Below, in pieces: positions 55,952 through 64,000 of a stretch of DNA of 64,000 bases. The first letter of the stretch is position 1; the number at the start of each line of letters is the position of its first letter. Origin of the DNA: Candidatus Latescibacterota bacterium (lineage in GTDB: Bacteria > Latescibacterota > UBA2968 > UBA8231); NCBI GenBank assembly GCA_965200315.1, contig OZ241362.1, positions 2,464,001-2,528,000 of the forward strand, in the 5' to 3' direction. Under the pieces are notes generated by a model that saw only the letters and a program-made list of their open reading frames with translations, was not told the origin of the DNA and did not search any database. Made by a program: the position numbers and the translations under genes.

Positions 55952-57374
55952 TGTAGCGCTCCAGATGCGCCAGCGCCCGGCCGCTGTCGATGGCCTCCCG
56001 AGCCTCGGCCAACCCCTCCTCAGCACTCGCACTTAGGCCCAGATAATAGTCGGCCAAGCTCGCGTTGAATACTATGCGGTCGTAAACAGGTCCCCGTTCG
56101 CCCCTGAGTGCCGCCACGCCCATAGCGGCAAAAGCCCGCCCACTCACCTCCGCCGGACGCGGGCTTTGCTGGTAGCAAAAGCCGTACTCCCGCGGATCCA
56201 CATCGCAAGCTACTGTCTCCAATCGGTTCCCAACCCGGCGGAATCCCTGCACGTAGTTGACGGCCTTGCGCCGAGCGTCCGAGGGCTTGCCCAAGCGCAG
56301 TCCGCAATGGCTGCTCCCTTCCTCGCCCTTGATCGCCAGCCCGGCCTCCAAGCCGCGTTCCTGCATCAGCCCCAACAGCTTGTCTTCGTAGCCGGCGTGG
56401 TAAAAACCCGCGATCATGCCGTTCCAAGCCGCACCAGAAAACAATTGCTGGGCCTTCTCGGTGGTGGCCCAAGGCGGGCGTTTGGCGATGTGAGCGCGCA
56501 AATGGCGCAATGCGTACGCACGGGGGGCGTACTCGCGCTGACTCACGTATGCGAACCCAACGGCCGGGTCTTCGATGCAACGGGCCGCCGTCGCCAGCGA
56601 CAGATCGACTCGCGCACCCAAAGCCGCTAGCACCCCTTCCTCGGTAACACCGCGCTTGGGCGGCATTTCGGCGACGCCGTGTAGCACGGTCGCCCGGCCC
56701 AAGGCCGCACGCACGGCCGCAACAAAGAGCGTTGGGCGGAAATAGCGCGCTGCACCGTCAAAAGGCTGGCCAAAATGCGTTAGCCTCTCCACTTGCAGCG
56801 CGGACACCTCCTCGGCGGGAAGCACGACGTCGAGATGAGCGCGAATTTCTTCCTTATTTTCGATGTTCATCCGCTGGCCGATCAAGAACGCGGCCATCAG
56901 CGAGGGGCGCACCGCACCCGCTAGCATGGCCCCGAGCGCACCGCGCACTTCCTCGTAGCCCAAGTGCCCGCCCTGCAAAACTGGGCGCAGAGCCGCAACC
57001 ACTCGCGCTTCGCCTGCGCCGCAAGAGGCTAAATCAGGTGCCATCCCCAACAAGAAGCGCAAATCCTCGGGCATCTGGCTGAGCGCATCCCCATAGCGGT
57101 CAAACGCCTCGACCTCGGCCGCGCTCCAACCGGTCTGTGTACCAAAGGTGCGGCGGATGGACATCGCCGCGAAAAATGCGCCCATCTGGGCTGGAGAAAC
57201 CTGCTCTGCGTGGGGCAAGGCCCCCTTGAGCGAGGCGAAAATCAGTTCGAGGATCCGCCCAGGATTTGGGTCGCCCTCTTTTTTCCCCAGCGGGCGGCTC
57301 TGGTGCGGCCCGGTACAGACGCGCATCTGTGCGGCGAGCACCTCCTCGTTGGGGCCGGGGTAGGGATCGGACAT
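55941..57374 (-). CDS. Anthranilate phosphoribosyltransferase-like protein (glycosyltransferase family 3, YbiB/TrpD2-like)
   Basis: QMGAFF, AFLIGQR, GQPFDG, LHGVAEMPPKRG, KRPPWAT, KGEEG and AIDSGRA; lacks the canonical TrpD GTGGD. Confidence 0.75.
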   Translation of the reverse strand: MSDPYPGPNEEVLAAQMRVCTGPHQSRPLGKKEGDPNPGRILELIFASLKGALPHAEQVSPAQMGAFFAAMSIRRTFGTQTGWSAAEVEAFDRYGDALSQMPEDLRFLLGMAPDLASCGAGEARVVAALRPVLQGGHLGYEEVRGALGAMLAGAVRPSLMAAFLIGQRMNIENKEEIRAHLDVVLPAEEVSALQVERLTHFGQPFDGAARYFRPTLFVAAVRAALGRATVLHGVAEMPPKRGVTEEGVLAALGARVDLSLATAARCIEDPAVGFAYVSQREYAPRAYALRHLRAHIAKRPPWATTEKAQQLFSGAAWNGMIAGFYHAGYEDKLLGLMQERGLEAGLAIKGEEGSSHCGLRLGKPSDARRKAVNYVQGFRRVGNRLETVACDVDPREYGFCYQQSPRPAEVSGRAFAAMGVAALRGERGPVYDRIVFNASLADYYLGLSASAEEGLAEAREAIDSGRALAHLERYISR

Positions 57375-57508
57375 GGTTTAGGCTCCTGTTTGAGTCGAAA
57401 GGAGAGAGAAACTACCGTGCTTCAACGCAATCGTTCGGGAATGGCAAGGAACATGTTCGGTCATCGAGGCTGACATGCTCGGCAATTTTGGAAATTATTC
57501 CATATATT

Positions 57509-57552
57509 TATTTATTATGATAATTTGTGTTATTGATTATGATAATTTGTGG
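57509..57552. repeat. 22-bp tandem repeat in an AT-rich promoter region
   Basis: ATTATGATAATTTGTG at 57514-57529 and 57536-57551. Confidence 0.85.
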
Positions 57553-57633
57553 CGATCAGCATCCGGCCTATAAGCATATAAGCACGTTCACCGCAAAGAC
57601 AGAGTTTTTCTTTTTTAAAGAAAGAGAGCCTCC

Positions 57634-57864
57634 ATGAGTCTTGTGCGATTTATCCGATTAGCATTACACAGCCCCAAAGTTACAACTCGTACCGAGGAGG
57701 ACAGACGCCTAGCCGATAGGCGCATCGTTAGCCGCCTATCGAGTGGCAACATTCGCTTACAGCGCGGCGAGTATGTCACGCGAGAAGACATTGAGGAAGA
57801 ATATGAGCGCGTCAAGTCCTTCAATTTCGATGGAGGATGTACGAGGCCGCAGAGGCGGGAATAA
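57634..57864 (+). CDS. Small hypothetical protein
   Basis: 76-aa ORF after a purine-rich RBS; overlaps the next gene. Confidence 0.6.
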   Translation: MSLVRFIRLALHSPKVTTRTEEDRRLADRRIVSRLSSGNIRLQRGEYVTREDIEEEYERVKSFNFDGGCTRPQRRE

Positions 57865-58208
57865 TCTCGGTGCTAGATTCGATAAATCAATTCCGAAAGG
57901 ACTACAAGAATATCGTCGTCAAAGATGTAGTGGATGACTATGCCAGCATTCTCGTACAGGCCCGAAAAGCGCAAGACCTGCTCGCTCGTGGGCGGTCAGA
58001 TCAAATGTCGTCGTCCGAGCGGGCTTCCTGTTACATGGAAACGTTTCGACAACTGCGCGACGCCAGCGAAATGCTCGAAGCTAGTCGCGACGACCTCAAC
58101 GCCAAACAGTCCAAACAAGCGCAAGACAACAGGCGGTTCATTGTCCGCTGCCTGCTGATTCTACTCGGAGTTGTCGTTGCGGCGGCAGGTATAGCGATCA
58201 GCATGTAA
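57837..58208 (+). CDS. Helical hypothetical protein with a C-terminal TM anchor
   Basis: Coiled-coil-like body and hydrophobic tail CLLILLGVVVAAAGIAISM. Confidence 0.6.
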   Translation: MYEAAEAGIISVLDSINQFRKDYKNIVVKDVVDDYASILVQARKAQDLLARGRSDQMSSSERASCYMETFRQLRDASEMLEASRDDLNAKQSKQAQDNRRFIVRCLLILLGVVVAAAGIAISM

Positions 58209-58276
58209 ACGGTCATAACGGCCGGTGGCCAATTCCCATCTCAGAAACCTACTCTCTCCTTATTCCCGAGGAAACC

Positions 58277-58684
58277 ATGCGCTACCTATCCCTTCTGTTC
58301 CTCGTCGCCATCGCGGCTTGTGGTTCGCCCGACCCGGCCCCTCCGGCGCTGATTGACTACATCGCGGCCCAAGAAGCCTTGGCCGACGACGATCTGGACC
58401 GGGCGCAAAAAGCACTGCAAGGCTTGGTGCAAAATGCCAGCCCAACGCTCAAGCCGCTGGCGGAAAAAGCCGCAAGCGCCGCCGACCTCGTCGCAGTGCG
58501 CACGGCGTTCAAGCCGTTGTCCGAGGAAGTGATGAAAAACCCTATACCCGAAGGCTACGTCGTGGCGTACTGCCCAATGGCCGATGGCGACAGGGGAGCG
58601 CACTGGGTGCAGAAAGACCAGCCCCAAATCGCCAATCCCTACTTCGGCTCTTCCATGCTCCGCTGCGGGGTATTCAAGGAGTAG
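58277..58684 (+). CDS. DUF3347-like metal-binding lipoprotein
   Basis: IAAC lipobox; YCPMA...W...IANPYFGSSMLRCG. Confidence 0.85.
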   Translation: MRYLSLLFLVAIAACGSPDPAPPALIDYIAAQEALADDDLDRAQKALQGLVQNASPTLKPLAEKAASAADLVAVRTAFKPLSEEVMKNPIPEGYVVAYCPMADGDRGAHWVQKDQPQIANPYFGSSMLRCGVFKE

Positions 58685-58696
58685 CGGCATCCGCAC

Positions 58697-59434
58697 ATGA
58701 TCCGCGTAGAATCCGCTACTCGCCGCTACGGCTTTTTGACCGCGGTTGACGAAGTCAGCTTCGCCGTCGACCAAGGCGAGATCGTCGGCTTCGTCGGCCC
58801 CAATGGTGCTGGCAAGAGCACCATGCTCAAGATGCTCTCCACCTTTATCCACCCCACAGCCGGCACCATCGCCATCGACGGGCTCGACGTGGTGGAGCAT
58901 CCGCTCGCCGTGCGCCGCCGCATCGGCTACCTATCGGGCGACACCCCGCTCTACCAAGAGATGCGCGTCGATAAGTTCCTCCGCTTCATCGCCCGGGCCC
59001 GCGGCCTTGAAGGCGACGCCTTGCAGCAGGGCTTGGCGCGTGCGGTCGCGCTCTGCGGGCTCGAAGACGTGCTCACCCAGCGCGTCAAGGAGTGCTCCAC
59101 CGGGTTCCGCCAGCGCATCGGCCTAGCTACCGCCATGGTCCACGATCCGCCGGTGTTGCTCCTCGACGAGCCAACTCACGGCTTCGACCCCTTGCAGGTG
59201 CTGGCTTTCCGCGACACCTTGCGCACGCTCAGCTCGGGCCGAGCGATCCTCTTTAGCACCCACATCATCGGCGATGTCGAAGCCATTGCCGACCGCGTGT
59301 TGATCATCCACCAAGGGCGTCTGCTCGGCGATGGCCGAGTCGAACAGTTGGCCGCAGACGCCGGCATCCCTGGGGCTGGTCTCGAAGCGGTCTTCGCCCA
59401 CCTAGTCCGCACCACAACCCCTGCCCATGTCTGA
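58697..59434 (+). CDS. ABC ATPase (GldA-like)
   Basis: GPNGAGKST, CSTGFRQ and LDEPT. Confidence 0.9.
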   Translation: MIRVESATRRYGFLTAVDEVSFAVDQGEIVGFVGPNGAGKSTMLKMLSTFIHPTAGTIAIDGLDVVEHPLAVRRRIGYLSGDTPLYQEMRVDKFLRFIARARGLEGDALQQGLARAVALCGLEDVLTQRVKECSTGFRQRIGLATAMVHDPPVLLLDEPTHGFDPLQVLAFRDTLRTLSSGRAILFSTHIIGDVEAIADRVLIIHQGRLLGDGRVEQLAADAGIPGAGLEAVFAHLVRTTTPAHV

Positions 59435-60194
59435 CGCGCAACGCCTTTCTACTGCCGAGTGCCTGCGCGGCGTGCGCATCGTCTTCGACCGCGAGCTAGA
59501 GGCCTACTTCGACTCGCCTATTGCCTATGCGTACGCCGCGGTCTTCTTGGTGCTTTCCTGCACTACCTTTATGAACTCCTTTTTTCTCGACGGGGTCGTC
59601 GATATGGGGCCGTATTTCACCGTGCTGCCCTTCCTGTTGATCCCCTTCGTCCCAGCTATTACCATGCGGGCTTGGGCCGAGGAACGCGCCCAACACACCT
59701 TCGAGCTGCTGATGACCCTGCCGCTGCACTCCTTGCAGGTCGTGCTGGGCAAGTATCTGGCGGCCCTCTGCTTCTACGCGATCGTCCTCGCCGGTAGCCT
59801 GCCCATCGTACTGATGCTCCTCTTCCTCGGCGACCCCGATCTCGGGCGTATATGCGCCAGCTATCTCGGCGCACTGTTGTTGGGTGCTTTCTTCCTATCC
59901 TTCGGCCTGTTTGCCTCTGGCCTGACCCGCGACCAGATCGTCGCCTTTGTACTCTCTGCGCTCTTCGGCTTCTTTTTCGTGCTCAGCGGGCACGAGAAAG
60001 TCGTAGAGGTCCTCGACGGACTAGTGCCGGCCTATCAGCCGGGCACTTGGCTGTACGAAACCATATCGGTCCTGCCCCACTACGAGGCTTTTGGCCGCGG
60101 CGTAATCGCCCTCGCCGACCTGCTGTACTTCGCGTTGATGAGCGGCTTTTTCGTCTCGATGAACTACCTCAGCCTCCAGAGATCCAAGTATTGA
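59427..60194 (+). CDS. ABC-2 permease (GldF-like)
   Basis: YFDSPIAY, AEERAQHTFELLMTLP, LGKY and TRDQIVA. Confidence 0.88.
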   Translation: MSDAQRLSTAECLRGVRIVFDRELEAYFDSPIAYAYAAVFLVLSCTTFMNSFFLDGVVDMGPYFTVLPFLLIPFVPAITMRAWAEERAQHTFELLMTLPLHSLQVVLGKYLAALCFYAIVLAGSLPIVLMLLFLGDPDLGRICASYLGALLLGAFFLSFGLFASGLTRDQIVAFVLSALFGFFFVLSGHEKVVEVLDGLVPAYQPGTWLYETISVLPHYEAFGRGVIALADLLYFALMSGFFVSMNYLSLQRSKY

Positions 60195-63100
60195 AGCGGC
60201 ACTTCTTGCTCCAAACTGCGCTGGCTTTCGCGCTGCTGTTGGGCATCGTCGCGTACGCCGGCCGCCTTCTGAACCTGACGGGGAGCTGGGCCCTAGACTT
60301 AGCGGGCGACGACATCGCCACGCTCGCGCCAGCGACCGAGCGCTACCTCCGCTCCTTAGAAACCCCGCTCTCCATCACCTACTTTGCCACCGCCCGCGAA
60401 AACATGCCGGCGCATCTCAAAGACCTCGAGCCCCAAGTTCGCCGACTGCTGTCGGCTATGCGCGATCGTGCGCCCGGCCGCATCGACTATCGGGTCATCG
60501 ACCCAGACCAGAGCGGGCGCACGGGCATTGGCTATGCGGCTAGCAAGAAGGCCTCCTCCTTTAGCGTGCGGCGGGTGTTGCACGACGAGCATTCCGAGCA
60601 AAAAATCTGGTCCTCGCTGGTAATCGCACGCGCCGATGCGCCTGCAGTGTTCGTCCAAAGCATAGAGCCGGAACACCTGCCTTATCTAGAAGAGTACGTC
60701 ATCGCCCAACTACAGGCCGGGCGCGAGCCGCCGCAACCGATCTTTGGCGTCTCGGCACCGCCGCCCTTCCAGCTTTTGGCGGCCTTTCTCAACGAGGCCG
60801 GGCCTGTCGTCGAGCTAGACCTCAACAGCAATCCTACCATCCCCCCGGAAATCGACGTGCTGTTCTGGGTACAGCCCGAAGTCGCCACGCCCGAGCACAC
60901 CCGGCAGTTGCTGGCCTTCTTAGAATCCGGCCGCAGTGCAGTGCTTGCCGGCAGTACCTACCAGATCGGCTACTCCCCACAGGAGGACGCGATCTCCTAT
61001 TGGGTCCACCACGCGCCGCCTGCTTGGGGGCAACTGCTCCAGCCCTTGGGCATCCGACCAGTGCCGGATCTGCTCGTCGATAAAAACACCGGGCCGGTCA
61101 CCCTCGACTCAGGCGAAGTCGTCGCGCCCTTTCACCTCCGGGTGCTGCCCGCTTTTTACAACATGAAGAGCTTTGCCGCACCCGGTCGCGGCGGGCTTAA
61201 CTTCGTGGCCGCTAGTGCGCTCGAAGTCGATCCGCAGGCCGTACAAGCCAAGGGCTTCCACGCGGAAATCGTCGGCACCACCACCGAAAGCCCCCGCGTC
61301 CTGCCCCTGCCCGCCGGCCCCTTCACCGACGCCGACTTAACCGGCGGCTTGCCCGTGCCCAAACAAAACTTGCTGGTCCTGCTCAAGCCGGACGATCCTT
61401 GGCAGGGGCAGCTATTCGTCTTGGCCAGCGCGTCACCCTTTCAAGACGGCATCATCAACCAACCCGGCTATGCCCACCGCGTCTTCCTGCAAAACCTCAT
61501 CCGCACCTACGGCCAACCGGAGCGCGTATTGCGGGGGCGCGTGGAAAAGGGCGGGCCTCAACGGCTCGTTCCGCCCGACGCACTCGCCCGTTTCTTTTGG
61601 CGATTTTCTGCGGTCTTTTTGGTGCCGCTGGTGTTTGTGGGCTTCGGCGTTAGGCATTATCTGCGCTACGGCCGCCCGAGCTGGGCGGCCGGCCGTTGGG
61701 GCCGGCCGCTCGGCCTCGCCTGCTTGGTACTTCTCGTTGGTGCGCTCGTCTGGCGCAGCCGCGGCCCCTATCTCGACCTGACAGCCGACCAGATCAACAC
61801 GCCCTCGCCGCTTTTGGGTCGCTTGTTGCAGGGCACGTCCCTATCCGCCGAGTTGATCGCCACGCATCGGGCCTCCATGCCCCGAAAGCTCAAAGACGCC
61901 GAAGACCACATCCGCACCTTGCTCGCCGACTGCAACATTCCCCTGCGCGTGATCCGGCCCGACGCGCTGGCCCCGGACCAACAGCAGGCACTCACCGCCG
62001 AGGGGCTGGCACCCTTCCCGGCCGAAAGGGTCCTCAACGACACCCTCGCCACCCAATATCTATGGAGCGGCTTGCGTCTGCTCGGCAACGCGCACAACCT
62101 CGCCGTGCCGCGCCTCGACCAGCACACCCTGCCCCATCTCGAGTTCCTTTTAGCCGCAGCCGCCCACAGCCTGCAACAGGGGCGCAAAATGCGCGTGGCC
62201 GTCATCTCCGACCTGCCGCGCCTCTCGCCGGCCGAAGCCCTCGAAGACTATCAGAAGAAGGGCCTCATCGCCCCGGGCGGCACCGACGTGTACAGCGGCT
62301 TAAAAGCCCTGCTCGCCGACTATCTCTACGACGTCCACTACATCAACCCCCGCACGCCGAGCATGCCCGCAGACGTAGATGTGTTGGTGTGGATGCAGCC
62401 GCGCCGCGACTCAGGCCCGATCCTGCTGCTGCTGAGCCAGCATCTCTCACGGGGCGGCAAGGCCATAGTCGCCATGCAGCACTTCAACATCCAGCAGCGC
62501 CAGTACCGAGGCTCGGGGTTTCAGACCGTGTACTGGCCCCAGCCCCAATTCCAAGACTTCGACCGCTACCTCCAGCTCTTTGGAGTCGAACAGCTCCGCG
62601 AAGTGCTCTTCGACCGCACCCAGTCGCACCTCGACTTAGAAACCCAAGTCAACCGCACAGCCGTGCGCGAGTACGACCCGCAAAAGGTCGCCTTGCCTTT
62701 CCTGATCCGCGCCGTCGGCCAGCACTACGATCTCACTTCGCCGATTACCCGACACCTCGGCGACCTGCTCTTTATCTGGGGAAATCGCTTTGCCCTGCAC
62801 CCGGCAGAGCTAAGTAGTGCGGGAATAACGGCCCAAATCCTGCTCTCCACTTCGCCTCAAGCCTGGGCGTACCCGTGGCAGGGCGGTTGGCTGCCACCCG
62901 AGGTCTTCGCCCCGCAGACCTACCTGCCCGGCCCCCAACCCCTAGTCGCGTTGCTTACCGGGCCTTTTCCCGAGGTCGCTTTTGCCGAAGACGAGGAGGG
63001 CCGCGCCGTGCTCCAGCGCGTGGGCGAGACCCCGCGGCAAGCAGGTGCCCTACTCCTAATCGGCTCTTCGGAAATGTTCAAAAACGAGCACCTGTTGGCC

Positions 63101-63313
63101 CCGGGCTTTCAGCACGATCAATTCTTGCTCAACGCCGTGGCGTACAACGCTTATGGCGAAGAGCTAGCCGCCTTACAGGCTCGGCGGCCAACTCCGCGCG
63201 GCTTTCCCTTCCAGAGCACCGAGGCCAAACGCCTGTGGCGCGTGTTCGTGGTGGGCGCAGGGCCGCTGCTGTTTTTGGGCTATGCCCTCTATCGCCGCAC
63301 GAGGCGAACATGA
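60191..63313 (+). CDS. GldG-like ABC auxiliary protein with two tandem modules
   Basis: TTG start overlapping the permease stop; two TM-flanked extracytoplasmic modules, each with DVL(F/V)WxQP and PF. Confidence 0.8.
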   Translation: MKRHFLLQTALAFALLLGIVAYAGRLLNLTGSWALDLAGDDIATLAPATERYLRSLETPLSITYFATARENMPAHLKDLEPQVRRLLSAMRDRAPGRIDYRVIDPDQSGRTGIGYAASKKASSFSVRRVLHDEHSEQKIWSSLVIARADAPAVFVQSIEPEHLPYLEEYVIAQLQAGREPPQPIFGVSAPPPFQLLAAFLNEAGPVVELDLNSNPTIPPEIDVLFWVQPEVATPEHTRQLLAFLESGRSAVLAGSTYQIGYSPQEDAISYWVHHAPPAWGQLLQPLGIRPVPDLLVDKNTGPVTLDSGEVVAPFHLRVLPAFYNMKSFAAPGRGGLNFVAASALEVDPQAVQAKGFHAEIVGTTTESPRVLPLPAGPFTDADLTGGLPVPKQNLLVLLKPDDPWQGQLFVLASASPFQDGIINQPGYAHRVFLQNLIRTYGQPERVLRGRVEKGGPQRLVPPDALARFFWRFSAVFLVPLVFVGFGVRHYLRYGRPSWAAGRWGRPLGLACLVLLVGALVWRSRGPYLDLTADQINTPSPLLGRLLQGTSLSAELIATHRASMPRKLKDAEDHIRTLLADCNIPLRVIRPDALAPDQQQALTAEGLAPFPAERVLNDTLATQYLWSGLRLLGNAHNLAVPRLDQHTLPHLEFLLAAAAHSLQQGRKMRVAVISDLPRLSPAEALEDYQKKGLIAPGGTDVYSGLKALLADYLYDVHYINPRTPSMPADVDVLVWMQPRRDSGPILLLLSQHLSRGGKAIVAMQHFNIQQRQYRGSGFQTVYWPQPQFQDFDRYLQLFGVEQLREVLFDRTQSHLDLETQVNRTAVREYDPQKVALPFLIRAVGQHYDLTSPITRHLGDLLFIWGNRFALHPAELSSAGITAQILLSTSPQAWAYPWQGGWLPPEVFAPQTYLPGPQPLVALLTGPFPEVAFAEDEEGRAVLQRVGETPRQAGALLLIGSSEMFKNEHLLAPGFQHDQFLLNAVAYNAYGEELAALQARRPTPRGFPFQSTEAKRLWRVFVVGAGPLLFLGYALYRRTRRT

Positions 63314-64000
63314 TTCGCTTGCTCTGCGCGTTGGGGGCCTTGCTGGTCCTGCTCGTCCTCGGGGAGAGCACACTGCGCGAGCATCAGCGCGCTGGGCGTC
63401 GCACCACCGGGGCTTTGCGCCTCTTGACGCCCACGCCGACCTCAGCAGTCGATCAGATTGAGGTCCACGCCGCCGGACGCCGCTGGCACTACGTCCGGCG
63501 CGGGAACGCCTGGTATTTCCCCGCGTATCACCGCGCCTTTGCCCTCAACCGCCGCGTCGAGCACCTGCTCCAGAGCCTGCTCGCTACTCCGGCGACCTTT
63601 GTCTCGGCCGAGCCTGGGGACTTGGCCCGCTATGGCCTCGGTCCGGGTAGCGTCCGCATCCACCTGCTCGACCCACAGGGGCGTCCCTTGCTAGAAGTGC
63701 GCCAAGGGCGCGGTGCCCCCGGGGCCCGCGCCGGGGAATCGTATGTCCAGCGCGTTGGTGCCGACAGCATCTTCCGCCTCCACGCCCACCCGGCCCACGC
63801 CCTCGACACCGCGCCACCCGCTCCTATGCTCGACCGCCGCGTCTTGCCTCAAGCCTTGCAGCGCAAGGGCCTCCAGCGCATCGCCTTTGCCGGCGACCCT
63901 TCCTATCCGGTGCAATCCCTCAGCCGCCAGCTAAAAGCCATGAAGGCACCGGGCCCTATGATGCCGACCTACGAGTGGGTCGCCCTCTCTGCGACTGGTG
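63310..64000 (+). CDS. DUF4340-like membrane-anchored protein (partial)
   Basis: ATGA overlap; N-terminal TM; LARYGL and GESYVQ; position after GldG; open to the window end. Confidence 0.7.
   Translation, partial: MIRLLCALGALLVLLVLGESTLREHQRAGRRTTGALRLLTPTPTSAVDQIEVHAAGRRWHYVRRGNAWYFPAYHRAFALNRRVEHLLQSLLATPATFVSAEPGDLARYGLGPGSVRIHLLDPQGRPLLEVRQGRGAPGARAGESYVQRVGADSIFRLHAHPAHALDTAPPAPMLDRRVLPQALQRKGLQRIAFAGDPSYPVQSLSRQLKAMKAPGPMMPTYEWVALSATG

Noticed and set aside
1-64000. CRISPR arrays, tRNA/rRNA genes, integrases, transposases, prophage genes
   Set aside because: I saw no regularly spaced repeats, cloverleaf or rRNA signatures, or matching protein motifs by eye. A covariance-model scan would be needed to exclude small RNAs.

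Overview
GC-rich bacterial chromosomal window. It is mostly housekeeping and catabolic genes: rdgB, guaB, selD, a class I DAHP synthase, ABC exporters, many oxidoreductases, PhyH dioxygenases, a sulfatase, a phosphonate-catabolism cluster with phnA, and a GldA/F/G-like ABC system. Several small accessory inserts interrupt them. The main signals the ORF track does not show are: (1) two UGA-readthrough selenoproteins (an Rdx/SelW CxxU protein and SelD) that share a hairpin motif at the same +17 spacing, a candidate lineage SECIS; (2) a 1.84-kb integrase-free islet bracketed by 316-bp direct repeats of a host gene 3' end, carrying a coupled small toxin-like gene and an ImmA/IrrE-like protein lacking HEXXH; (3) a 142-bp structured mini-element with IS607-like ends that splits a relE-type toxin gene; (4) a three-gene cassette ending in a frameshifted nucleoside-deoxyribosyltransferase-like effector; (5) a structured leader with mutually exclusive pairings upstream of the DAHP synthase; (6) three decayed toxin-antitoxin modules and a type IIG restriction-modification gene. 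I saw no tRNA, rRNA, CRISPR array, integrase or transposase. All family calls are by eye from motifs; no database searches were run.
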